Source: Eledone cirrhosa | Taxonomy: Eukaryota | NCBI GenBank assembly: GCA_964016885.1 | Contig: OZ024743.1 | Span: 303,056,001 to 303,120,000, forward strand | DNA: 64,000 nt | Reading direction: 5' to 3' | Shown here: positions 52,481-64,000 of the stretch, in pieces | How the letters are laid out: each line of letters starts with the position of its first letter | How positions within the stretch are numbered: the first letter of the stretch is position 1 | The notes under the pieces: model-generated | What the model was told of the DNA's origin: nothing | The model's input: only the letters and a program-made list of their open reading frames with translations | The model's database searches: none | Made by a program: the position numbers and the translations under genes

Positions 52481-55400
52481 GGTCTGTTCGGACGTTCTTT
52501 GATCGTTCCCAGTAAGTCGCTTTATTTACCTGTTATAATTATATTTTGCTTAATTTTTCTCGTTTTGTAAGTTATATAAGCCCTTGGACTTTGCCCTGTG
52601 AAGGGGAAAGTATAATATTTGGGCCTGTTGGCCCAAATATTAAATTAATATTTGAACATTTTACTGTTAAAAATAAAAAAAAACATCGCTGAGCCACGAC
52701 CCCCAGCAATATGTCTGCTGTCGTGTGACAACGGCGTAAATGTTGAGAAGAGGCTACCAGAAACTCACACAACAAACAACGTGAACAGAGCCAACAACAC
52801 TGAGAACATTAATTTTGAATAAATTACCACACAAACTACAACAATAATAGCGTCAACCAAAATACAGACAACAGAAAAAATATGACAACAAATGCAACAA
52901 CGATATTAACACCACTAACATAAACTTAAACAACGAAAACACCAACAACAACAATACATATTGGACCGAAAATACCAACGAAGGTGGCACCAAGAACACA
53001 AACAGCTACAACTGTGATAACAGCTACAAAACCAACAACACCGTTTGTAGCAGTTACAACAGCAACAGTACCAACAAAACCAGTAGCATCAGTAGCTGCA
53101 ACAATAATGGTGCCGCTGAAAAAGGGGCCACTTCTTTCGCAGGTGTGGCCCGAAATATAGGGACAGTGGTAGTCACGGAGGAGGAGCTGGCAGTCGCAAG
53201 AGCCATGGTGTCAAGATACGACAAGAGATTGCCACGGAGGTTCAAATCGAAAAGATCTTGGGGTGCGTCTGCGCGCAAAAAACCCACATCACCAGAGGCA
53301 AAAAGTACGAAAACAGTAGACGTACTATCCTCCACCCCCCAAGAGGCGAACTCTCACTCGTTGGAAACCCTAAATAGTGAGGTGATCATCTTGGTGCTCT
53401 CATACTGCGGGCAGAAATTGTGAGAGTCAAAGTGACCCAGGTCCCACCCAACCTGCCCATAACTTGGCTGGCCCCGTCAATACTGGCTGGAATCTAGGAG
53501 AAGTCCACGATACTGCAAATACAGAGAATGGGAAGAGAGAACTGGTCAGGAATAGACATGCAAATGCTAATACAGACTGACCAGGGTTGCTTCGTTGCCA
53601 AAAAGGTATACAGCCATAAACATGGCAAATAAAGGACTCTTACAACATATAAAGAAGCACACAGACATCACAGAAAAAAACTACTACACCTCACCAACAC
53701 CAAGAACTCACCCGAAAAGCATAAACATAATTGAAATCAATATAGAACATTAGAAACTGTTAAAAGAAAAATTCCCCAACTCAGTTGGAGAATTCAGAGG
53801 GTCGGTTACCAAATGAAAACACCCATAAACAGCTAAAGGGACGGTTCTATTGTCCTTTCTCCACACAATCAAGGTTTGTGATCCTTTCTCACTTACCCCG
53901 CTTCTCATCCAACATGGCCGTACTTAGAATAGGCAGTACAAATGTACGTGGCCTGGGGGTCATCTTGGAAGCAGGGTCACCTGCTCAACAACCTCAGGTT
54001 ACTAAACATAGATGTGGTGGCCATCAGCAAGACCAGAATCTCCGAAGCTAGAGCCTTCGCACAGATCTTCAGCGGCTATGATGTATACGCAAATCCCACG
54101 GGTCGGTAGAAAAGGGCTATTCGAGTAGAATCGATAAGGTTTAGCAAAGGAGTAGTGATAGAGGAAAATATAGTAGAGCGAGAGTTAGTTTGAAAGCTAG
54201 AAGAAGCGTTTAGGTCAGGCATCGCAACCGGCGTGTTTGTGGCAAAATTGGCACTCGACCAATTCTTCAACGCAAAGCATGAAGGTTGCGTTGTCGGAGC
54301 TAGAACGCGTGCTCTAAGACACGAGGGAACCAAAACCGTTCAATGGGCCCGGGTGGTGGCGCGCGACGTAGCAACAAGACCACAGTTTTGTCTTTGCCTG
54401 ATCAAAACGGACGCATGTTGCTCGAACCCGAGAAGATGTGTGCGGCTTTTCGACAGCACTTTGCTCAATAGTTCCGGAGCGGCGTCAGGCCGGATCGGTG
54501 TATGGACTTCGGTGTATACCTCAACGGACTGCCGCGGCCCTTACCACCGTGGCTTACTGCTGTGAAAAGTTGATAACGGCAGGTGAAATACGGGGCGCGA
54601 TGTCTGCTGCACGAGGGGTAAATTGCCAGGTTTGGATTATCTGCCCTACAAGCTTTATGCGCATATGCCAGATTTCCTCGGCGACCTCTTGGAAGAGGTC
54701 TACTGCAACGGGCAGAAGAACGGGAGCAGTTTTGTGAGCCGGGGATCGGTGGCACTGCGGTGAAAGGAACTGAACAAGAAGGACGTTATAGACAACTTCA
54801 GGCCCATAACTCTTCTATACGCAGAGTTTAAGAGTTTGACCAAGGTGTAGAGCAAAGATATTTGCGATGCACAGGAACATCTGCTCGATTGTGAGGGTGA
54901 ATGGTCATCTGTTGCAACTTTTCAGCATCATCCTCGGTCTGCCAGGGTTGCCCCTCTCGTCTCTCTTGTATCTACTGGCCCTCGAGCCGTTACTGCACAA
55001 ATTGGACAGGGTCCTACGCGAACTGGGATGCGGTAAATCCGTATCAGCTTACGCCGACGATCATGGTGGTGGTGTCGAGCACCAGACACGTCCGGATGCT
55101 CGGCACCGCTCTCAAGGAATACGAAGCGGTGACGATAGCATGGATAAACCAGGAAAAGTCGGTAGACTTGCAGCTCGGCACCTGGAGAGGAATGTCCAGC
55201 CGCCCGACAGCGTCGTGGGCGTTGGACGGACGGATCGGTTAAATTGCTCGGGGTTTTGTTAGGACGGACCTCCAGATGGAGAATAACTGGAGCGAGGTGA
55301 CGACCAGGTGGCCTCCCTCACCCAGAAATGGGCTGAGAGGAAGCTGACCCTGAAAGGCCGGGCTGAGGTGGCAAATGCGCACATCGCATCCGTCAAATGC

Positions 55401-56713
55401 TACCGCCTCACCATCGTCCCTTGCCCCGGCCCAACTCTCACCAAAACGGAGCGCCTTTCTTCCGCTTTTTGTGGAAGGGACGCACTCCCATGGTCAGACA
55501 ATCCATCTGCTGACAAAACCCGTTGCGTGGAGGTCTGGGTATGCCATGGATGATGATGTGCAAACATGCGCTGAGGCTGCGATATCTCTAGTGCTTCCTT
55601 GACGGTGAACAGTTGTGGTCGCCGTTCACCAAGCACGTTTTTCCACAGCTCGTCTCCTTGACTGAGCTGCAGTCCTGGGTCACGAAATGACCGAGGGATA
55701 GCGCTCGGAAACTGGAATGTATCCAGGCGTTCACCGCCCTCTGCCAGCTGGGCACCAGTATCGGTGGATCATCCACCTCGGCGTTCTATAGAGGACTAGT
55801 GGAGTAGAAGTGCGACGACGGTCTCGGAGAGATCTTGGGCGTCGAAGAAGATCAGCTGTTTGCTCTCTTCCGGAGAACTTTCAGCCCGGGTCCTATGGAT
55901 AACTTCCAAAAATCCCTGGCCTGGCAGTACTACCGGGGAGAGTTGCCAGTTCGATATAAGCTCTACAGGCACGGAAGTGCCGTCAGCCGAGCCTGTTCGA
56001 TATGCGCGTAGAGAGACGAAACCGTCGTGCACGCCCTCGTTCAGTGCCCGAGCATTGCTGACTTGTGAAGCTATGATGAACAGTTGCTCTCGCGTGTAGG
56101 ACTGTTCCGGTTATCGACTGAACCCATTGTGCAGATGGTCCCGCCGTATTCCTTCGAGGTGGAAGGGCATGGTTTTTTTTATCTGCCTGGTGGCCATGGC
56201 GAAAGAGATTGCGTGGTGGCCAAGGTTGAAAGGGTTAAAGACAGACACTTTCCTCTTCGGCGAATCCCTAATTAACTTTTTCAAATTTCACTTGAAGAGG
56301 AAAATTAGGGTGCAGAGGCAAATACTGCCTTCTAGCAAGTTTGTTGAAAGGTGGGTGAATGTAGCGAGAATGGTCCGAGTGAACGGGACCGCTCTGAATA
56401 TACGGCTGTAGTTTGAGAAATGGAAAAATTGAGAGTAGGCGCTTGCCCTGGTGGTCAGGTTGCCGTGGTATTTTGTGTGGTTTTCGCCAGGAGCAACGCT
56501 CGGAGGTTCCCCCTATTGGGGAATTTTTCATTGTTTCAATTTTCATTTTTAATGTTTATATATATATATATATATTTCTATGTCTTTGTTTTCTTTTCTT
56601 ATATAAAAAATAAAAATCTTTACACGCACAAAACCCACATTGTACCGTCCTGTCTCGTTCTGTGCCGTATGTAATGTTTTTCTTGATGTCAGCCCTTGTG
56701 GGCAATAAATAAA

Positions 56714-56715
<2 letters not shown>
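52481..56715 (+). mobile_element. Tx1/L1-clade LINE with both ends present, large internal deletions (about 54100 and 54860), decayed
   Basis: MAVLRIGSTNVRGL, SAYADD, WAERKLTLKGR and FKFHLKRK; (ATT)n on both sides. Confidence 0.9.
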
Positions 56716-56755
<40 letters not shown>

Positions 56756-56756
<1 letters not shown>

Positions 56757-59700
56757 AGTTGCATTTATCTTGCTTTATGTTCATACGAGTTATTACCAAG
56801 TCACAGCCAGTGGCCTCAAGAGACAACCAGGTCCGCCATGTTCAAGAAAGAACATACATACACACACATGCATCTTTAGGTGTTTAGACTTCTGATGTAT
56901 TTATATTGAGATAATCTTCCTTAATATATGGGAAGTTCCCATTAGTACTATCTTTTGTATTTCTTCTATGCGCGGGTTTCCTGGGATTTGCGATAAGTAA
57001 TCATTAGACCCTGTGAGTATCATTCCTAGAATGCCTACAACCACTGGTATTGTTTTAGTTCTCAATTTCCACATTTTGCTAATTTACATCTCCAGGTCAA
57101 TTTTTCAAATGTTTTTTATAGATACATTCTTGTCTATTGGAACAGACATATCAATTAGCAGACATACTCTCTTTTTAAAGTACTTCAGTATTATATCATG
57201 TCAATTTGCATCTATTTTTCGGTATGTTTGGATGCTAAAGTTCCACAATATTGAGATATGATATTTTTCATGTATGGGAGGTGATTGATGCTCCCACCAA
57301 TTCTTTTGATGGAGCATGTCAAAATGCTTACACATTATCCAGTTTATGTATTGTGCAGCTCTGTCATGCCTATTTAGGTATTAGGTTGGAGCTATAGGAC
57401 TGCACATTGAGATTATATGATTAATGGTCTCTGGTTGTTTTGTTACATACACGGCACAATGCGTTGCATCCATTTTTTATTATGTGGGCTTGGTAATTTG
57501 TTGTTTGGAGACACTGATCTTGTGCTGATATATTCAGTCCTTCCGTCTCCGATTTCAGTCCAGAGGACGCCAACTACTGATGGGTTTAAGTTTTGTCAAC
57601 GTCAGTATTGTTAGCTTTATATTGGTATTTTCCATACATAGGCTTTTCTTGCCATTTCTTAGCCAGTTTCTGTAGCAGTTCTTTCTTTGTAGTTACATTT
57701 TACCTGCATTGCTCTTTCTTTGATTTCCATTTCAGCAGTAAATAGGACTTCTGAAATGTGTAGTTCATTACTGTATCTCTGTGCATACTTTGTAATAGAG
57801 TATGATCTTTTGATGCTTTCGTGTTTCAAAACGAGTTTGATCATCCAATCATGTGATTCCCTTAGATATGTAGATAATCCAATTGTTGCAGTTTTCTACG
57901 CAATATCTAACTAGATTAACCCACGTCCTCCTTCTTTCATAGGGAGATATATTCCATCTCTATCTGCCTTAGGGTGATGCATTCTGTGCATGATTAAGAA
58001 CTTTCTAAATTTTGTATCGAGCCTACGGATCTCTGTGCTTGACCAGTTGATGACATTGTAATTGTACGTTACTACTGGTATGGCAAGCGTGTTTATGGCA
58101 TCGATCCTATTCCTTGCATTCAATTCCGTTCTTAAGATTGCTCTTACACTGCTGTAACATTCCTTCCTTATCCTTTCCCTCATTGTCGAGTTCTTGATTC
58201 CGTGTCTTTCACAAACACCTAGATATGTGTAAGTGAACTCTTCATCAAGTTATCTTATCACATTCCCCCGATCAAGATTAATATCTGAACTTTTCAGCAG
58301 CTTTCCTCTTGTGAACTTTGCTTTGGCATTTATCTAGTGCAAACTCCATTTTAATGTCATCACTGAACTCTTTCACTGTGGATAATAGCACTTGTAATTG
58401 TTCATAATTTTTTGGAAATAGTTTCAGGTCATCCATGTAGAACAAGTGATTAATGGTTTTGTCATAGACATTATTATCACATTTTGTTTCATTGAGCATT
58501 TTACTTAATCATATAAGTGCGACGCAGAATAAATGCGGTGATAAAGAGTCACCCCGAAAAATTCCACAATTAATATTATCTTCTCCAGCTTCCAGTGATT
58601 TTTTTTCACTATTCAAAAGGAGTGTCGTTTTCCATGTCTTCATACTGAATGACAGGAACCTCCTGACAACGGGAGATATTTTGAAAATCTCTAAACATTT
58701 TTCAATCCAACTGTGTGGCAAATAATCTAATGCTTTTTTTATAATCTTTCCTAGCAATTGATAGATTTTGGTGTCTATTATGACAATCTTCCAGTATCAT
58801 TTTGTTAACCAAAAGCTGATCCTTACAGCCATATGAGCCTCGTTTTACACCCTTTCTGCTCAATGGGAAATAGACCATTTGTTATCAGGTGGTCATATGT
58901 ATATTTAGTTGGGATTAATGTTAACATTTTATACATTGTGGTCAAGCAAGTTATCCGTCTGTAATTTTTAGGATTGTTTGTCTCATCATTCTTCGGAAGT
59001 AGGAATGTAATGCCGTTAACTATTGATGATGGTATATTTTCTATCTCCTTAAATATTTCATTGTAAAGTTGGTCTAACAGCTCATGAGACTCTGTGAAAG
59101 CATTTATCCAAAAATTTTGTATTTTGTCTTTTCCTGGGGATTTCCATTTGCTGGTTTTTCTTAGAGCCACACGGAACTGTTCAACTGTTATATTTTCCCA
59201 TGTCTGTTCCTCAAGGTGAGCTGTATCTTTCATATGTATGTCTATCCATGGGTCAAGTATATTATGAACTTCTTCTTCGGCCCAGATCTTTTTCTCAGAA
59301 TTCTTGCACTTCCTACTTGGGTGGTATTGATTTAGCAGTTATTGTTGACTTGCCAATTCTTCTGTAGAAGTTTCTTTGGTTGTTTTTTAACATATTATTG
59401 TCCTTATAGAATCTAGATCGTGTTTCAAAGCGCCTTATACTAGCAGCTTTGTCCGACACCTTTTGCTTGATTATTTCTATCAACATGTCTATGTCACTTG
59501 TTGATTTGATACTGTATTTTTTTTCAATTTTCTAAGTTTAGTTTGTTTAACATGTTCACCTACTTTGTAGTTGGTTAAAATGTCTATGTCAGATCGGAGA
59601 AGGTTTATTTGACGATTGATGTTCTCTTGCCAAGTAGATTTCTTGTGGGAATTCCTTTGTTTTTACATTTTCACTCCACATAAGTGAGTGGTGACTTTAG

Positions 59701-61518
59701 CCGATGCATAATAGAGGTGATTTAGATCAGTAATCTTTAGTTTGTTTGTGATGAAAATGTTTTTGAGAATTATGTTAGTCTTGTGTATTATCTTTTGGTT
59801 CTGTTTGGAGTTCTGGATCTTAGGGAGAGTGTCTCGTTCCCTCATGTCAGATTCTTTCATTTTCATCCATTCGATCATAATTTCATCATTCAAGATGGCA
59901 AGTTCATTCTCATTCATTTCTTTATCATTTATGATCTCATTGTTTTCATTTTGATTTTCTTCTTGAGCATGCACTCCCTCCACTTTTTCAATCATTTCTT
60001 TAATTTGTTCTGCTGTCAGTGATTCCGCCCCCACCCTGTGATACGAAGTGTTACAATTTACCTCGTTTTCACTGACACATGTTTCATTTTCCCTTCGCAG
60101 ACTTTGTGCTAATAGCTTGATCTGATCAATTTCTATATCAGTTAGTAACTTTTTTTTAACAATATTTCTTCGTATATTGGCTAGTTTGTTACTGTCAATA
60201 TAGCCTCTGTTTTCGGGATGTTTCTTTTTCCAGTGGATATATGTCTGTTCTGCATTCGATCAATTTGATGGGTAGTACATAGTAGTGTAGAAAACCTCAA
60301 GGACTTCTTTATTGTCTTTTCTTGACCATTTTTTTCTCTTTTTCTTTGGATTTCTTAGTGGTGCGCATTGAGGGCCAACAGTAGGAGTATTCCGGTTATG
60401 GGAGGTATCCAGCTGCGAAGTGATGGGAAGGTTTGAACCATTAGCTGATCTTTCACCCCCAGTCTGGTCCCTCTCTGAGGGACGCGGCCGTGTTTGACCC
60501 GGGTGACGGCCGATCCGGTATCACATTTTATCATTTGACATTTACTTTATTTTGTTGCATTTTATCCTTAACCGCCAAGTTGTAATCATTTCGTGTTACC
60601 ACTTCTAGGACGAGTGTCAACCAAGACTAGAGGGGTCGTCCTCCCCTAGAGACATGGCTATTCCCCGGCAGCCGCCATCCCGGTATTTCTTGGTCACGGG
60701 GTTTTCTTTTTTGTTGTTTTTTATATTGTTAATATCATGAGTGGTTCCTTAATGTGAACATTGCGTGGCTTAAGAATGAAATTATTATTAATAATATAAT
60801 ATACTTTTTTGCTGAAGTTGCCTGTTATTGTTGTTGGCTATGTTGGTGATGATGCTGGGGCTTTTTCTATTGTTGGTGGGGAAAGGGTGAGTCAGCAGTG
60901 CCATAGTCGTTGACGTTTGACCGAGTCACTAAGTCAGTCTATTTATATATTTGGCTAGCCTCTCCCTTGTCTAGTGATACTGCCACCTTCCCCTTTCTTA
61001 AGTTAACAGAAGGTAGTGTGGGAATAGTGGTGGTAGCAATGTAGGAGTGGTGACGGCGGTGATAGGATAGTGGCAGCAATGATTGAGTGGTGGCGGTGGT
61101 GACTATAGTTATGGCGTTGTCGTTACTGAGTTCTGTTGAATAGACTGTAGTAGGATGCGTTTGTTTGATCTCTATATCTATGTGATTTGTCGCGTATGTT
61201 GATATTGGTTGACATATTTCCTTAATATTTGAATTAAACATTTTGAGAACACTTGATATACAATGATATTAATTATTATTATTATTATGCTGGCATTGGT
61301 TGTGGTGGTGGTGAGATTGTCGTTATCTGGCTGTTGTATTTAGTGTACACAGAGGGGTGATGGGATAGGTAGTGTATCGAGGCTGTTCTGGTGGTGAAAT
61401 TGCTGTTATTTGGCTGTTCTATATAGTGTAAACAGAGGGGGTTTTCTTCCATTTATAACCATTTTCTGTTTTGAATATGAAATTCATAATACAAATTGAA
61501 CATTTCCGCGATATAACA
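56756..61518 (-). mobile_element. R4/Dong-like family B, near full length, older and decayed (ORF about 56900-60541)
   Basis: Collinear with 5036-9650 throughout; (ATT)n at 56716-56755. Confidence 0.93.
60607..60696 (-). ncRNA. Second copy of the candidate Dong-B leader pseudoknot
   Basis: AGGACGA/UCGUCCU replaces AGAACGA/UCGUUCU. Confidence 0.55.
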
Positions 61519-61995
61519 GTGTCCGAGCATTGCTGACTTGTGGGTTTATGTCGAACACCTGCTGTCACGTCTAGGACGGATCCAGCTATCAGCTGAGTCC
61601 ATCGTGAGGATTGCCCCGCTCTCTTCCTTTAGCCGGCAAGTGCAGGCAGTTTTTATCTGTCTGGTGGCCATGGCGAAAGAGATAGTATGGTGGACACGTT
61701 TGAAAGGGCTGAAGACGAGCACTTACCACTTCGGTGATGCCCTGATTAACTTTTTCAAATTTCATTTGAAAAGGAAAATCAGGGTAGAAAGATGGGTGAG
61801 AGAAGAAGGTATGGCCTGAGTGAATGGGCCTACTCTGAGTATGTGTCTGCAAAGTAAAGGTGGAAAACTGGGAGAGGGCACTTGCCCTGGTGGTCAGGGT
61901 CACTGTAGACTTTCAATGGGCTTTCTCCACAAATCTCCCTCGGAAGTCTCCCCCCTATTGGGGAATTTTTCATTGTTATTTTTTTTATTACACCC
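61517..61995 (+). mobile_element. Tx1 3' fragment (subfamily 2), 3' UTR cut short by a SINE
   Basis: ORF 61538..61819 is near-identical to 4450-4761. Confidence 0.9.
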
Positions 61996-62120
61996 TTGCC
62001 ATTCTGAGTTCAAATCCCGCCGAGGTTGACTTTGCCTTTCATGCTTACGGGGTCGATAAAATAAAGTACCAGTACTGTAATGGATAATTGCTGGCCTTGT
62101 GCCTAAAGTAGAAACAATTA
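61993..62120 (+). mobile_element. 5'-truncated SINE
   Basis: cccttgccattctgagttcaaatcccgccgagg...gtagaaacaatta. Confidence 0.9.
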
Positions 62121-63205
62121 TTTATTTCAGCATTCAGATCATTGTCTGCTTCGGATGGTTCCTCGGTTCTCTCAACCTCATCACCTTCATTTCCCACTGG
62201 CTCGTTTGCCTGGCATACTCCACTCTCCATTTCCAACCGAATCTCTCTGCTCAGTTCCTCCACTTCTAGCTCGCTTATCCACCCATTAGTTCTTATTATC
62301 CGAGCCTGCCCGGCCAATTTTTGTTCATCTAATTTAAATAGACCAATCTCGTCCCAGATGTTATGCATCCGTTTCCTATAGCCTTTTTCCTTGGGGTTAC
62401 TCTTCAGGTAACATTGCATAACAGTTCTATTCAATTCTTTCGTCCACTGGTTCGACAATTAAACACTCTTATCGAGGATTAGGGAAAGTATGGTTAAATA
62501 ACCACTGGTGATTTCATCAGTCCCGGTGATTTTTGTGTGGCACTATCACGCTGTAGACGAACATAAATAAACAAACAAACAAACAGGCCAAAAAAAATCC
62601 CCAAAAAGAATAAGCATAAGTTTCATTGTAATGTAATGTTTGACTGTCTGACTTAGTTTTTCCCTTCCCTTCTCTCTCCTTCTGTTTGTCTTTCTCTTCA
62701 TTTTTCTTTTCTTTACGTCTTTCGTTGTTGCTGTGCTGCTTTGATTTTGATTTTTGTTTTTTTGATTTTTTGACCGGGTCATCAATTCAGTTTATTTATA
62801 TATTTTGAGGCCTTCCTCTTTTAGTGGGGACACTACGATGCATGGGTTAGCAGGAGGGAGTGGGATAGAATAGCGGCGGTAGTGATAATGAGGCAGTGGT
62901 GGTGGTGGAGGTGGTGCTGAGCTAGTAGTACTTAGCAGGAGGTAGTGGGAGAGAATAGTGAGGCAGTGGCCGTGGTGATGTGATCGTATCAATGTAGTGA
63001 TGGTGTTGAAGTTGAAGCAGAAATAGAAGTTGAGGCAACTTGACTAGAGTTTTTAGCGTGGTAGTGGTGGTGGTGGTCTTGGTGGTGAAATTAACTTCTC
63101 TGTCCACTTAGCCATTTAGCTATTTAGCTATTTAGTCATTTTGCCATTTTCCTCCTTTTCGACTCTAACATTCCTGATCCCAAATTAAATATTAATATTG
63201 TTTAT
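62121..63205 (-). mobile_element. R4/Dong-like family A 5' part (leader and ORF N-terminus)
   Basis: QWTKELNRTVMQCY...GYRKRMH; collinear with 37970-39580. Confidence 0.85.
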
Positions 63206-63210
63206 TAATA

Positions 63211-63570
63211 TTGTCTAGTGATACCGCCAACTTCCCCTTTCGTAAGTTCACAGAAGGTAATGGAGGAATAGCGGTGGTAGCAATGAAGGAGTGGTGGCGG
63301 CGGTGATGGGATAGTGGTAGCAATGATGGATGGGCGGCGCCGGCGGTGACTGCAGTGACGGCGTTGTCGTTACTGAATGTTGTTGAATAGACTGTATTTT
63401 TGTTTGATCGGTGAATCTATGGGGTTAGTCGCGTATATGTGTTGACATATTTCTTTAATATCGGAATTAAACATTTTGTTAAAACTTGAGACAATAATAA
63501 TAGTAATTATTATTATTATGCTGAGATTGGTGGTGATGGTGGTGAAATTGCCGTTATATGGTTGTTGACT
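63211..63570 (-). mobile_element. Isolated fragment of the Dong leader module
   Basis: Similar to 60968-61330. Confidence 0.75.
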
Positions 63571-63608
63571 TACCAATTTTTCTAATATTATTATTATTAT
63601 TATTATTA

Positions 63609-63922
63609 CAGTTGCATTTATCTTGCTTTATGTTCATACGAGTTATCACCAAGTCACAACCAGTAACCTCAAAAGACAACAAGTCCGCCATGTTCAAGAA
63701 AGAACATACATATTCACACATGCATCTTTAGTGTTTAGACTTGTGATGTAATTATATTGACATAATCTTCCTTAGTATATGGGCAGTTCCCATTAGTACT
63801 ATCTTTTGTATTTCTCCTATACGCGGGTTTCCTGGGATTTGCGATATGTAATCATTAGACCCCTTAGGTATCATTCCCAGAGCGCCTACAACCACTGGTA
63901 TTGTTTTAGTTCTCAATTTCCA

Positions 63923-63924
<2 letters not shown>
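63609..63924 (-). mobile_element. Dong family B short 3' fragment; another Dong-B 3' end begins at about 63997
   Basis: Matches 42440-42756; (ATT)n at 63924-63996 is followed by cagt. Confidence 0.9.
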
Positions 63925-63997
<73 letters not shown>

Positions 63998-64000
63998 AGT

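Noticed and set aside
62505-62535. CUGAUGA on the minus strand in the Dong-A leader
   Set aside because: No properly placed GAAA/stem III, and not conserved in the copy at about 38500

Overview
AT-rich animal genomic DNA, most likely from a coleoid cephalopod (inferred from the SINE family and the microsatellite landscape; not verifiable here). There is no bacterial-type gene content. Both flanks (about 1-11.3 kb and 33.8-64 kb) are dense, polarised stacks of retroelements joined through (TTA)n tracts. They comprise two divergent R4/Dong-like RT-RLE LINE families (A and B, all on the minus strand), Tx1/L1-clade APE-RT LINEs (all on the plus strand within the clusters) and a tRNA-derived SINE whose 3' stem-loop and tail match the Tx1 3' end. 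The centre (about 11.3-33.8 kb) instead holds (TA)n-associated Penelope-like material: a 5'-truncated RT/GIY-YIG element, several type I hammerhead-ribozyme motifs and a 424-bp foldback. It also holds old LINE relics and a few candidate host exons. All LINE ORFs are disrupted or truncated. The most notable observations are the three-way (TTA)n-targeting community with a probable Tx1-driven SINE, a covarying HDV-like pseudoknot in the Dong-B leader, a leader shared between the two Dong families, conserved 5' splice-donor motifs and variant hammerheads. All alignments and folds were done by eye, so boundaries are approximate.
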